Below, in pieces: positions 47,878-55,590 of a stretch of 64,000 bases of DNA. Source of the DNA: Sedimentisphaerales bacterium. Its GTDB lineage: Bacteria > Planctomycetota > Phycisphaerae > Sedimentisphaerales > SM23-30. The notes below the pieces were generated by a model. That model saw only the letters and a program-made list of their open reading frames with translations. It was not told the DNA's origin and made no database searches. Both the position numbers and the translations under genes were made by a program. The stretch spans positions 2,375 through 66,374 of the forward strand of contig JAFGSR010000009.1 of NCBI GenBank assembly GCA_016934515.1, written 5' to 3'. Each line of letters starts with the position of its first letter. The first letter of the stretch is position 1.

Positions 47878-47976
47878 TGTCCCGCCGTAGCTTTGCTTGT
47901 CATGTCGTAGCTTCATGCGAAGACAGATGCGAAGGCGGATACCTTAATTTTGATTTTTTATCTTTGATTTTTGATT

Positions 47977-48531
47977 TTAACCTAACTTCACCGCCGTTCC
48001 ATACACCAGCAGCTCCGCCGCACTACCCACCACGCTCGTAGTCATGTATCGCACATTAATCACCGCATCCGCCCCCAGCTTCACCGCATCCGCCGTCATC
48101 CGCCCCGTCGCCACCGACCGCGCCTTACCCATCATCTCGGTATATTCGGTAAGCTCCCCGCCCAGTATCAGCCGCAACAACGCCGACAGATCATTACCCA
48201 GCCATATCGCAAACACCGTGTGCCCCTGCACCAGCCCCAACACTTCTCGCGTTTCCCGGCCCGGCACCACATCGCTGTTCAACAACAACACTTCGCCTGC
48301 CGCCTCATCCACCGCCGGCTCACCGCCCGCCGCCTTAAACTTCCGCTGCTCAAACGCCACCGTCCCCAACACCACCAGAATCCCACCCAACAGAAAAAAC
48401 ACCGCAACCTGTAACCACCTCGGCACTGCCGGATCCTCCGCCGCCACCACCTGCCACGGCACCCCCGCAAACACCACCACAAACAACCCCAACACAAACC
48501 CCAACGACCCAATCTGCCTTATCACCTTCAT
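47977..48531 (-). CDS. YbjQ/UPF0145-family domain protein with N-terminal TM helices
   Basis: The C-terminal 100 aa match the YbjQ pattern (GLVQG....LGGE..EY..M...R..A..RM...A..LGADAVINVRY......G.AAE.LVYGTAV). Two N-terminal hydrophobic helices. Confidence 0.7.
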   Translation of the reverse strand: MKVIRQIGSLGFVLGLFVVVFAGVPWQVVAAEDPAVPRWLQVAVFFLLGGILVVLGTVAFEQRKFKAAGGEPAVDEAAGEVLLLNSDVVPGRETREVLGLVQGHTVFAIWLGNDLSALLRLILGGELTEYTEMMGKARSVATGRMTADAVKLGADAVINVRYMTTSVVGSAAELLVYGTAVKLG

Positions 48532-48714
48532 AACTCTCTCCTAAAAAGATTTTCATTCAACTAATCGCCCATTCAAAAAAGAATATCTTCTTAACGCCCC
48601 GGATAAAATGCGTTGCCAAATTCACTCTGGCTTATTTTACAGACCTGCAGATTAGATAATATCAGCCGACTTCAGCCCTGATCTCCCCTGTTCGTTCACG
48701 TTTTTCGGAGGTGT

Positions 48715-49293
48715 TTATTTTACAGTTTGACCGGCAAGTAAGCCCTTGGCGAATTCCGCGCCCTTGTAAAGCGCCTTTTCATTTATCGGTATCGTTTTGT
48801 GATGCCGCTTGGCCAACACCTTTTCCAGGCATTTCACCGCTGTCTCCAACGGAATCACACCGCGCTTCTGCAGATAAGCTCCTATCGCCACCATGTTCGT
48901 CGATCTGGGCGAACCCAACTCAACCGCAATATCATCCGAAGGGATCGCCAGCACTTCCGCATCGACAGGTGGAATTACCGATCCAATCTTGCTGCTGTTA
49001 TATAACAACAATCCGCCCGGTTTCAAACGTGGGCTGAACCTTTCGCAGGAAGCTTTGTTCAGCACGATAACACTGTCAAAACTGGTAACCAGCGGCGAAG
49101 CAATCGGCTCATTCGAAATCACCACCATGCAGTTGGCCGTCCCCCCGCGAACCTCCGCTCCATAAGAAGGGAAATAAGTAACTTCCAGTCCATCAATCAT
49201 TGCCGCGTTCGCCAACAGCTTGCCCAGCATGATAATGCCCTGGCCCCCGAAACCAGCTATAATAATCTCTTCGTAATAATCTTGTTCTGTCAT
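48715..49293 (-). CDS. 2-oxoacid:ferredoxin oxidoreductase, gamma subunit
   Basis: IIIAGFGGQGI...G......A......V..FPSYGAEVRGG. ATGA overlap with the beta subunit. Confidence 0.88.
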   Translation of the reverse strand: MTEQDYYEEIIIAGFGGQGIIMLGKLLANAAMIDGLEVTYFPSYGAEVRGGTANCMVVISNEPIASPLVTSFDSVIVLNKASCERFSPRLKPGGLLLYNSSKIGSVIPPVDAEVLAIPSDDIAVELGSPRSTNMVAIGAYLQKRGVIPLETAVKCLEKVLAKRHHKTIPINEKALYKGAEFAKGLLAGQTVK

Positions 49294-50039
49294 AAAGTGG
49301 TATCCTTGATGCATCCCAGCGGAAACACTTTTGTCATCTCCTGCTCAATCCATTTCATCGCCTGCACCGGGCTCTTACGCCAGTAAGTCGGACACGGCGA
49401 AAGCACTTCCACAAGTGACAATCCCTCTGCTCCGTCGATTTGCAACTGAAAAGCCTTCTGGATAGCTTTTTTGGTTTTACGCACCTGTGCCGGATTGTAC
49501 ACCGAGCAACGCTCGATGTAAATGCTGCCCGGCAACACCGCCAAAATCTCCGAAACCTGCAACGGATATCCGTCGTGTTTAACCGTGCGCCCCTGCGGTG
49601 AAGTCGAAGTTACCTGGTCATTCAGGGTCGTCGGTGCCATCTGCCCGCCCGTCATGCCGTAAACCGCATTATTCACAAAAATCACCGTCAGATTCTCCGC
49701 CCGATGAGTGGCGTGCAGAATCTCCGCCGCCCCAATCGACGCCAGATCACCATCGCCCTGATAAGAAAAAACAATATTCCCCGGCAGCACCCGCTTAATC
49801 CCCGTCGCTACTGCCGGCGCCCGCCCGTGCGGCACTTCCACCATATCCACATCCATATAATTATATGCCAGCACCGCACAACCCACCGGCGCTATCCCTA
49901 TTGTGCGATCATGGATACCCAGTTCGTCAATAGTTTCGGCCACCAGCCGATGCACAATACCATGACCGCAACCCGGACAATAATGTGTATGACATTCCTT
50001 TATCGATGGCGTTCGCTCGAAAACCTTCTGCATTTTCAA
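49290..50039 (-). CDS. 2-oxoacid:ferredoxin oxidoreductase, beta (TPP-binding) subunit
   Basis: YCPGCGHG, GDGD...IG..E..HA, NN.VYGMTGGQ. Confidence 0.9.
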   Translation of the reverse strand: MKMQKVFERTPSIKECHTHYCPGCGHGIVHRLVAETIDELGIHDRTIGIAPVGCAVLAYNYMDVDMVEVPHGRAPAVATGIKRVLPGNIVFSYQGDGDLASIGAAEILHATHRAENLTVIFVNNAVYGMTGGQMAPTTLNDQVTSTSPQGRTVKHDGYPLQVSEILAVLPGSIYIERCSVYNPAQVRKTKKAIQKAFQLQIDGAEGLSLVEVLSPCPTYWRKSPVQAMKWIEQEMTKVFPLGCIKDTTL

Positions 50040-50100
50040 AAATACCTCTCGCGACTCGCGGTTTTGAATTTCATATTTCGGTAATTGAAATTTTTCATCC

Positions 50101-50135
50101 TTCTAGCTTCAGGCTTCATCCTTCAGGCTTTCTTC
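50101..50135. repeat. TTCTAGCT...CTTCAGGCTTTCTTC element, copy B
   Basis: TTCTAGCTTCAGGCTTCAtcCTTCAGGCTTTCTTC. It overlaps the stop and last codons of the OFOR alpha-subunit gene. Confidence 0.65.
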
Positions 50136-51196
50136 ATAACTTCAGGCAGCATAATTTTTTCAATGTGTTCCAATACTTCATCCACAGTAGGAACCGCCCC
50201 ACCGGCCCTGCCGTAAAACAGCACCGGTCCGCCGCCGCCAACCGCCAGACGAACATCCTCAACCATCTGACCATTGCTCATTTCAACAGCCAAAAAGATT
50301 CGTGGTTCTTTTGCCAATTCCGTCAACACTTTACTCGGGAACGGCCACAACGTAATCGGGCGAACCCAACCGGCTTTGATTCCTTTTTGACGAGCCTTGC
50401 TTACCGCCGCACGGGTTATCTTGGAGGTAATTCCATAAGCCACTAAAATAATGTCCGCATCTTCAACCTGATATGTATCGTAACGGGTTTGCTCATCCCC
50501 GATTTGCCGGTAAACTTCCTGCAACTTAAGATTCAAAACTTCCAACTCATTCCCCTGCAGTAAAAGCGTTTTAATGATGTTTTGCTTACGACCCTTGGCA
50601 CCGGTCAAAGCCCAGGGTTTTGCTTTGGTTTTTATCGGCTTGAGATGATCTAATGTAATCGGCTCCATCATCTGGCCTAACAGCCCATCTGCCAGAACCA
50701 TCACCACAATACGATACAAATCCGCCAGTTCAAAAGCCTTGTGCGTCAGATCCGCCATCTCCTGCACCGACCCCGGTGCCAGCACAATCGTGCGATAATC
50801 ACCATGCCCGCCCCCGCGGGTCGCCTGAAAGTAATCACCCTGGCTTGGCGAAATGTTCCCCAATCCCGGACCACCGCGCATAACGTTAACCACAACCGCC
50901 GGCATCTGTGCCGCACACATATAGCTTATCCCCTCCTGCATCAGACTGATTCCCGGCGATGATGAACTCGTCATCGCCAGCTTACCTGCCGCCGCCGCAC
51001 CGAAAACCATGTTGATCGCAGCCAATTCCGACTCGCTTTGCAGAAACACCCGCCCTTCCTGCGGCATTCGTCGCGCCATGTAGGCCGGCACCTCGTTTTG
51101 CGGAGTAATAGGATATCCAAAATATGCATCCACCCCGGCAATAATCGCAGCCTCGGATAACGCTTCATTGCCGCACATTAATATTTTTTCGCTCAC
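50123..51196 (-). CDS. 2-oxoacid:ferredoxin oxidoreductase, alpha subunit
   Basis: GNEA..EAAI.AG...FGYPITPQNEV, SE.AAINM..GAA..G. GTGA overlap with the delta subunit. Confidence 0.9.
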   Translation of the reverse strand: MSEKILMCGNEALSEAAIIAGVDAYFGYPITPQNEVPAYMARRMPQEGRVFLQSESELAAINMVFGAAAAGKLAMTSSSSPGISLMQEGISYMCAAQMPAVVVNVMRGGPGLGNISPSQGDYFQATRGGGHGDYRTIVLAPGSVQEMADLTHKAFELADLYRIVVMVLADGLLGQMMEPITLDHLKPIKTKAKPWALTGAKGRKQNIIKTLLLQGNELEVLNLKLQEVYRQIGDEQTRYDTYQVEDADIILVAYGITSKITRAAVSKARQKGIKAGWVRPITLWPFPSKVLTELAKEPRIFLAVEMSNGQMVEDVRLAVGGGGPVLFYGRAGGAVPTVDEVLEHIEKIMLPEVMKKA

Positions 51197-51459
51197 GATT
51201 TTTCCTTAATCATTGCTTTAGGACGTGCTGCCCCGGACTCAACTTCCTGAACCTTATCCCGGAAAACTTCTATCGCAACATCCGGACACATAACTGCACA
51301 TGCTCCGCAGCCTATACAACTGTCTCCACAGCACTCAGCGGGAAAATACCCCATGGCATTGGAATTTTTAGATATTCGGACCGCCCCCTTAGGACATACC
51401 TCAACGCAAAGGCCGCAACCTTTGCATTTCTCGGCATCTATTAATATTTTACCTGCCAT
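51193..51459 (-). CDS. 2-oxoacid:ferredoxin oxidoreductase, delta subunit (2x[4Fe-4S] ferredoxin)
   Basis: CKGCGLCVEVCP and CIGCGACAVMCP motifs. First gene of the delta-alpha-beta-gamma operon. Confidence 0.88.
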   Translation of the reverse strand: MAGKILIDAEKCKGCGLCVEVCPKGAVRISKNSNAMGYFPAECCGDSCIGCGACAVMCPDVAIEVFRDKVQEVESGAARPKAMIKEKS

Positions 51460-51833
51460 TTATCGATGAACCTTTCTTTCCTTGCCGATATCTAAAATTG
51501 TAACAGAGCAACTGGCCCTTGGCAAAAATAATAACCTCATTGTACCGGTAGAGACTGGCTCCTATACACATTATAAACGATACGAAGAGCCGCTTCAGCA
51601 ACATATAGAGCTGCGCCAGCAAAAATGTTTGTTTCCTTATACCATAAAACCATTCAAAGCAATAGCTTACATTCTCGACCGCCAGGTTTTTTCATCTGGC
51701 TTGAGTATAACAACCAGACAAAAATCAACAGGACCGGTGGCGACGTAAATGCTTCTATAAGAACAGTTTATGTTTGAAATGGCAGCAATTTATTGCTTGA
51801 TTGTTTTTTAACTTACTGTAGAAAAATTTTATC

Positions 51834-52109
51834 ATGAGTAATGAACCGGATTATACCGTTGAAATTGGCGGACAGATAATTCAAGGGCCCGTGGGCTCCG
51901 ATGACCTCGGAAACGGCGATAATCCCGGTACTTCTTTCTATGGACGTGCTTATATCAGCGTTCTATTTGAATGCTGTAACGTTTATCAGCGAATTTACCG
52001 CAATACCTCCGCTACCGCTTATGAAGGTTTCTGCCCCAAATGTTTGCGAAAAGTGCGGGTGCGTATCGGCCCCGGCGGCACCGATGCCCGCTTCTTTACC
52101 GCCAAATAA
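51834..52109 (+). CDS. Small Cys-containing hypothetical protein (91 aa)
   Basis: ATG-initiated ORF in an AT-rich spacer. CC...CPKC arrangement suggests a zinc-ribbon-like fold. No family recognised. Confidence 0.45.
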   Translation: MSNEPDYTVEIGGQIIQGPVGSDDLGNGDNPGTSFYGRAYISVLFECCNVYQRIYRNTSATAYEGFCPKCLRKVRVRIGPGGTDARFFTAK

Positions 52110-52361
52110 TTGATGTATTGGTTGCAAGTCTTTACCTGATAGGGTTTTATCAATTTCGGGCAGGGAAGGGGAATTATCTTTACTCATTTATAGACTGATC
52201 CATGTAGCAAAATTTTCGTAAAAAAACAATTGGCGGGATTTCATGAACCGATCAACCATAAATTAGATCAAAACTAACCCACTTTAATGTCTTATTTAGC
52301 AATATATTACGCCAATCAATGTTTTCTTGGGGTAATTTAACAAAAAATTCCTGAGTTTTTA

Positions 52362-52390
52362 TTGACATTTGACGATATTAATCTTATATT
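52362..52390 (+). promoter_or_regulatory. Sigma70-like promoter upstream of rex
   Basis: TTGACA (52362-52367), a 17-nt spacer, then TATATT (52385-52390), about 55 nt upstream of the rex ATG. Confidence 0.55.
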
Positions 52391-52391
52391 A

Positions 52392-52410
52392 CTGTTAAAT
52401 AAATAACAAC
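52392..52410 (+). promoter_or_regulatory. Candidate Rex operator
   Basis: cTGTTAAATAAATAACAAc compared with the Rex consensus TTGTTAAnnnnTTAACAA. There are two symmetric mismatches. The site lies immediately downstream of the -10 box. Confidence 0.5.
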
Positions 52411-52443
52411 GTTAATATTATAACATATACAAACGCTGGCGAT

Positions 52444-53076
52444 ATGGAATCAATAAACATGGCTGACTTATCAAAAAAAACCGTTGAAAGATTATGTGTT
52501 TACCATCGGGAACTGCTGGAGTTGGAAAACGAAGGAACAGACCACATTTTTTCCCACCAGTTGGCCAAACGGGCCGGGGTATCACCGGTACAACTCAGAC
52601 ATGACATCATGGGTATCGGTTATTCCGGCAGCCCGGCACGGGGGTATGAAATCTCCGAAATGCTTAAAAGCATCGCCAAGCAACTGCTGTCAACTAAGCA
52701 GCAAAATGTTGCTATCGTGGGCATTGGAAATCTGGGCCGGGCAATAATGGCTTATTTTCACGGACGGCGCGAAAACATCAGGATAATTGCCGGCTTTGAT
52801 TCCGATTTGCAGAAAATCAATCGCACCATAAGTGGTTGTTATTGTTACTCCATGAACGACATCGAAAGAATATGTAAATATCACAAAATCAAGGCCGCAA
52901 TTATCGCCGTTCCCGAAAGAGAAGCACAAGATATTGCGGAAAAACTCTCTCAGGCGGGTATCCGGGGAATAATGAACTTTGCTCCGGTTAGGTTGGTGTT
53001 GCCGGACAGTATATATGTCGAAAACCTGGACATGGCTCTTACCCTGGAAAAGGTAGCTTATTTTGCCCGCCAGTAG
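52444..53076 (+). CDS. rex: Redox-sensing transcriptional repressor Rex
   Basis: Winged-helix N-terminus (RL..Y...L......G....S.QLA...GV...Q.R.D) and a Rossmann domain (VAIVGIGNLGRA). Confidence 0.9.
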   Translation: MESINMADLSKKTVERLCVYHRELLELENEGTDHIFSHQLAKRAGVSPVQLRHDIMGIGYSGSPARGYEISEMLKSIAKQLLSTKQQNVAIVGIGNLGRAIMAYFHGRRENIRIIAGFDSDLQKINRTISGCYCYSMNDIERICKYHKIKAAIIAVPEREAQDIAEKLSQAGIRGIMNFAPVRLVLPDSIYVENLDMALTLEKVAYFARQ

Positions 53077-53095
53077 TACCCCCGAAAGGATTAAA

Positions 53096-53608
53096 ATGTC
53101 GCATTCTGATGAAATAACTGCCGTCCTTAAAGAACATCCCCAAGCCCGGCGGGACTCTTTGATACCAATCTTGCAGCAGATTCAAGACCGCACCGGTTTC
53201 ATCTCCCCTCAAGCTGTACAGATGGTCTCGGATGAATTGTCCCTGCCGACCAGCAAAATTTACGGCGTGGCAACTTTTTACAATCAGTTTCGTTTTCAGC
53301 CCCTGGGAAAATTTCATGTTCAGGTTTGCCGCGGAACTGCCTGTCACGTTAAGGGCTCGGCCGCGGTTTTGGACATGTTGATCAGGGAGCTTAACATCAA
53401 GCCCGACGAAACCACTCGCGACGGCTTGTTCAGCCTGGAAATTGTCGCCTGCATCGGGGCTTGCGGCTTGGCTCCGGTAATCAGCGTAAACGGCGAATTT
53501 CACGGCGGTGTTACGCCGGACAATATCAAAAAAATCTTGGATTCTTATCGCGCTCAAGCTCAGAAAGATCAATCTCAAAACGATGCTCAGGAAGATAAAG
53601 CAAAATGA
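53096..53608 (+). CDS. hydC: [FeFe]-hydrogenase NuoE-like [2Fe-2S] subunit
   Basis: LIPILQ.IQ...G.I.......V...L.....K.YGVATFY..F...P.GK....VC.GTAC...G, and C.GACGLAP. Confidence 0.88.
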   Translation: MSHSDEITAVLKEHPQARRDSLIPILQQIQDRTGFISPQAVQMVSDELSLPTSKIYGVATFYNQFRFQPLGKFHVQVCRGTACHVKGSAAVLDMLIRELNIKPDETTRDGLFSLEIVACIGACGLAPVISVNGEFHGGVTPDNIKKILDSYRAQAQKDQSQNDAQEDKAK

Positions 53609-55590
53609 ATAAACCATCCAACAGCAATGTTTCCCCAACAAAAAACGCTCAGGACATCCCGGAAGTTATGGAATGCGTAATGGCGGGTTTGTCCTATCAG
53701 AACAATGAGCCGATTAGCCAGGTCCAGACCGAACTTCTGGAACGGCTGCGGCGTGAAAAACTTATCCGACCGGCTTTATTTGTCGGAACCGGCACCTGCG
53801 GTCTGGGGGCCGGTGCCGGTAAAACGCTGAAAAAAATAAGCGATTATCTCGAATCTAACACTATCGATGCCGATATCGTTGAGGTCGGCTGCATTGGTTT
53901 GTGCTCGGCAGAACCCATTGTGGATTTGCAGATCCCCGGCAAAACCCGGGTGTCGTTTAGTTCGGTTACCCAGGAAAAAGTTGAAGCTCTGCTCTCGGCG
54001 GTTTTCGCCGATGATATTCCAACGGATCAGGTTCTGGGCCAACATCGACAATTGGGCCTGGAAGCCTGGCAGGATGTTCCTTATCTCGATGAACATCCCT
54101 TTTTCGCCCCCCAGACCCGCTGGGTATTGGCCAACTGCGGCATTATCGATCCCGCCAGTATCGACGAATACATTGCCCGGGGCGGATACAAAAGCCTGGC
54201 CATGGCTCTGCAAAATATAACCGCGCCGGATTTGTGTGATATCGTCGAAAAAAGCGGCTTACGCGGCAGGGGCGGCGGCGGGTTTTTAACCGGAAAAAAA
54301 TGGCGTTTTGCCTCCCAGACACCCGGCGATCAAAAATATCTGATCTGTAACGCCGACGAGGGTGATCCGGGAGCGTTCATGGACCGGGCTGTCATCGAGG
54401 GTGACCCACATCGCCTGCTCGAAGGAATGGCTCTTGCAGCTTACGCAATCGGTGCCTCAAAAGCCTACGTTTACATCCGTGCCGAATATCCCTTGGCGAT
54501 TGCACGTTTGAAAACCGCCATCGCTCAGGCTCAGGAGTATGGTTTACTGGGCAGCAACATCCTGAGCAGTGGTTTCAACCTGAAAATCATCATCAAACAG
54601 GGAGCCGGTGCGTTTGTTTGCGGTGAAGAAACAGCCCTGATTAACAGCATCGAAGGAAAACGCGGAATGCCTCGGCCTCGGCCGCCGTTCCCGGCAATTG
54701 AAGGGCTTTTCGGCAAGCCCACGATTATCAATAACGTGGAAACCCTGGCGAATCTGCCCGGAATAGTAGTCAACGGCCACCAGTGGTTCAGCAACGTTGG
54801 CACCGAAAACAGCAAGGGCACCAAGGTTTTCGCTCTCTCGGGTAAGGTCTGTCGCACCGGATTAATCGAAGTGGCGATGGGAACCATGATTCGGCAGATT
54901 ATTTTCGATATCGGTGATGGCATCCCAAACGGCAAAGAGTTCAAAGCAGTGCAAATGGGCGGTCCCTCAGGCGGCTGCATTCCTGCTCAACATCTGGATA
55001 TCAAAGTTGATTACGAATCGCTCAAAACCGTCGGCGCAATGATGGGCTCCGGCGGCATGGTGGTTATGGACGAAAACACCTGCATGGTCGATTTGGCTAA
55101 ATTCTTTATGGATTTCATTCAACGCGAAAGCTGCGGCAAGTGCATCCCCTGCCGCGAGGGAACACGACGGATGCTGGAAATTCTACAGCGGATCACCCGG
55201 GCCCGGCGTAACGAAACCGGCTCCGAAGCTCTGGAACGCTTCCAGGGCGTAATGTACATGAATCGCCTGGCCGAAGTTATCAAAGACACCAGCTTGTGCG
55301 GACTAGGACAAACGGCACCAAATCCGGTGTTAAGTACCTTACGCTGGTTCAGATCCGAATACGAAGCGCACATTTACGAACGCCGCTGCCCGGCGGGGGC
55401 TTGTAAAGAATTGCTGCTTTATCGGATTGATGAAGAAAAGTGCAAGGGCTGCACACTCTGTGCCAAAAAATGTCCCACCGACGCAATCATGGGTTCGGCC
55501 CGCAGTCCGCATTATATCATCCCCGACAAATGCATCGGTTGCGGGAATTGTCTGGAAGTTTGCCGTTTTGACGCGGTAATTGCTGAATAA
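53605..55590 (+). CDS. hydB: [FeFe]-hydrogenase NuoF-like FMN/NAD(H)-binding subunit
   Basis: N-terminal thioredoxin-like [2Fe-2S] domain, GLRGRGGGGF.TG.KW, NADEGDPGAF.DR, ESCGKC.PCREG and a C-terminal 2x[4Fe-4S] domain. ATGA overlap with hydC. Confidence 0.92.
   Translation: MNKPSNSNVSPTKNAQDIPEVMECVMAGLSYQNNEPISQVQTELLERLRREKLIRPALFVGTGTCGLGAGAGKTLKKISDYLESNTIDADIVEVGCIGLCSAEPIVDLQIPGKTRVSFSSVTQEKVEALLSAVFADDIPTDQVLGQHRQLGLEAWQDVPYLDEHPFFAPQTRWVLANCGIIDPASIDEYIARGGYKSLAMALQNITAPDLCDIVEKSGLRGRGGGGFLTGKKWRFASQTPGDQKYLICNADEGDPGAFMDRAVIEGDPHRLLEGMALAAYAIGASKAYVYIRAEYPLAIARLKTAIAQAQEYGLLGSNILSSGFNLKIIIKQGAGAFVCGEETALINSIEGKRGMPRPRPPFPAIEGLFGKPTIINNVETLANLPGIVVNGHQWFSNVGTENSKGTKVFALSGKVCRTGLIEVAMGTMIRQIIFDIGDGIPNGKEFKAVQMGGPSGGCIPAQHLDIKVDYESLKTVGAMMGSGGMVVMDENTCMVDLAKFFMDFIQRESCGKCIPCREGTRRMLEILQRITRARRNETGSEALERFQGVMYMNRLAEVIKDTSLCGLGQTAPNPVLSTLRWFRSEYEAHIYERRCPAGACKELLLYRIDEEKCKGCTLCAKKCPTDAIMGSARSPHYIIPDKCIGCGNCLEVCRFDAVIAE

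Noticed and set aside
51482-51748. 88-aa TTG-initiated ORF in the OFOR/rex spacer
   Set aside because: It has a TTG start with no RBS, lies in an AT-rich promoter-like region and shows no motifs. It is probably non-coding.
52395-52440. dif-like AT-rich sequence (reverse strand TGTATATGTTATAATATTAAC)
   Set aside because: It matches the XerC/D dif consensus arms poorly, lies 36 kb from the skew switch, and is better explained as the Rex box plus an AT-rich leader.
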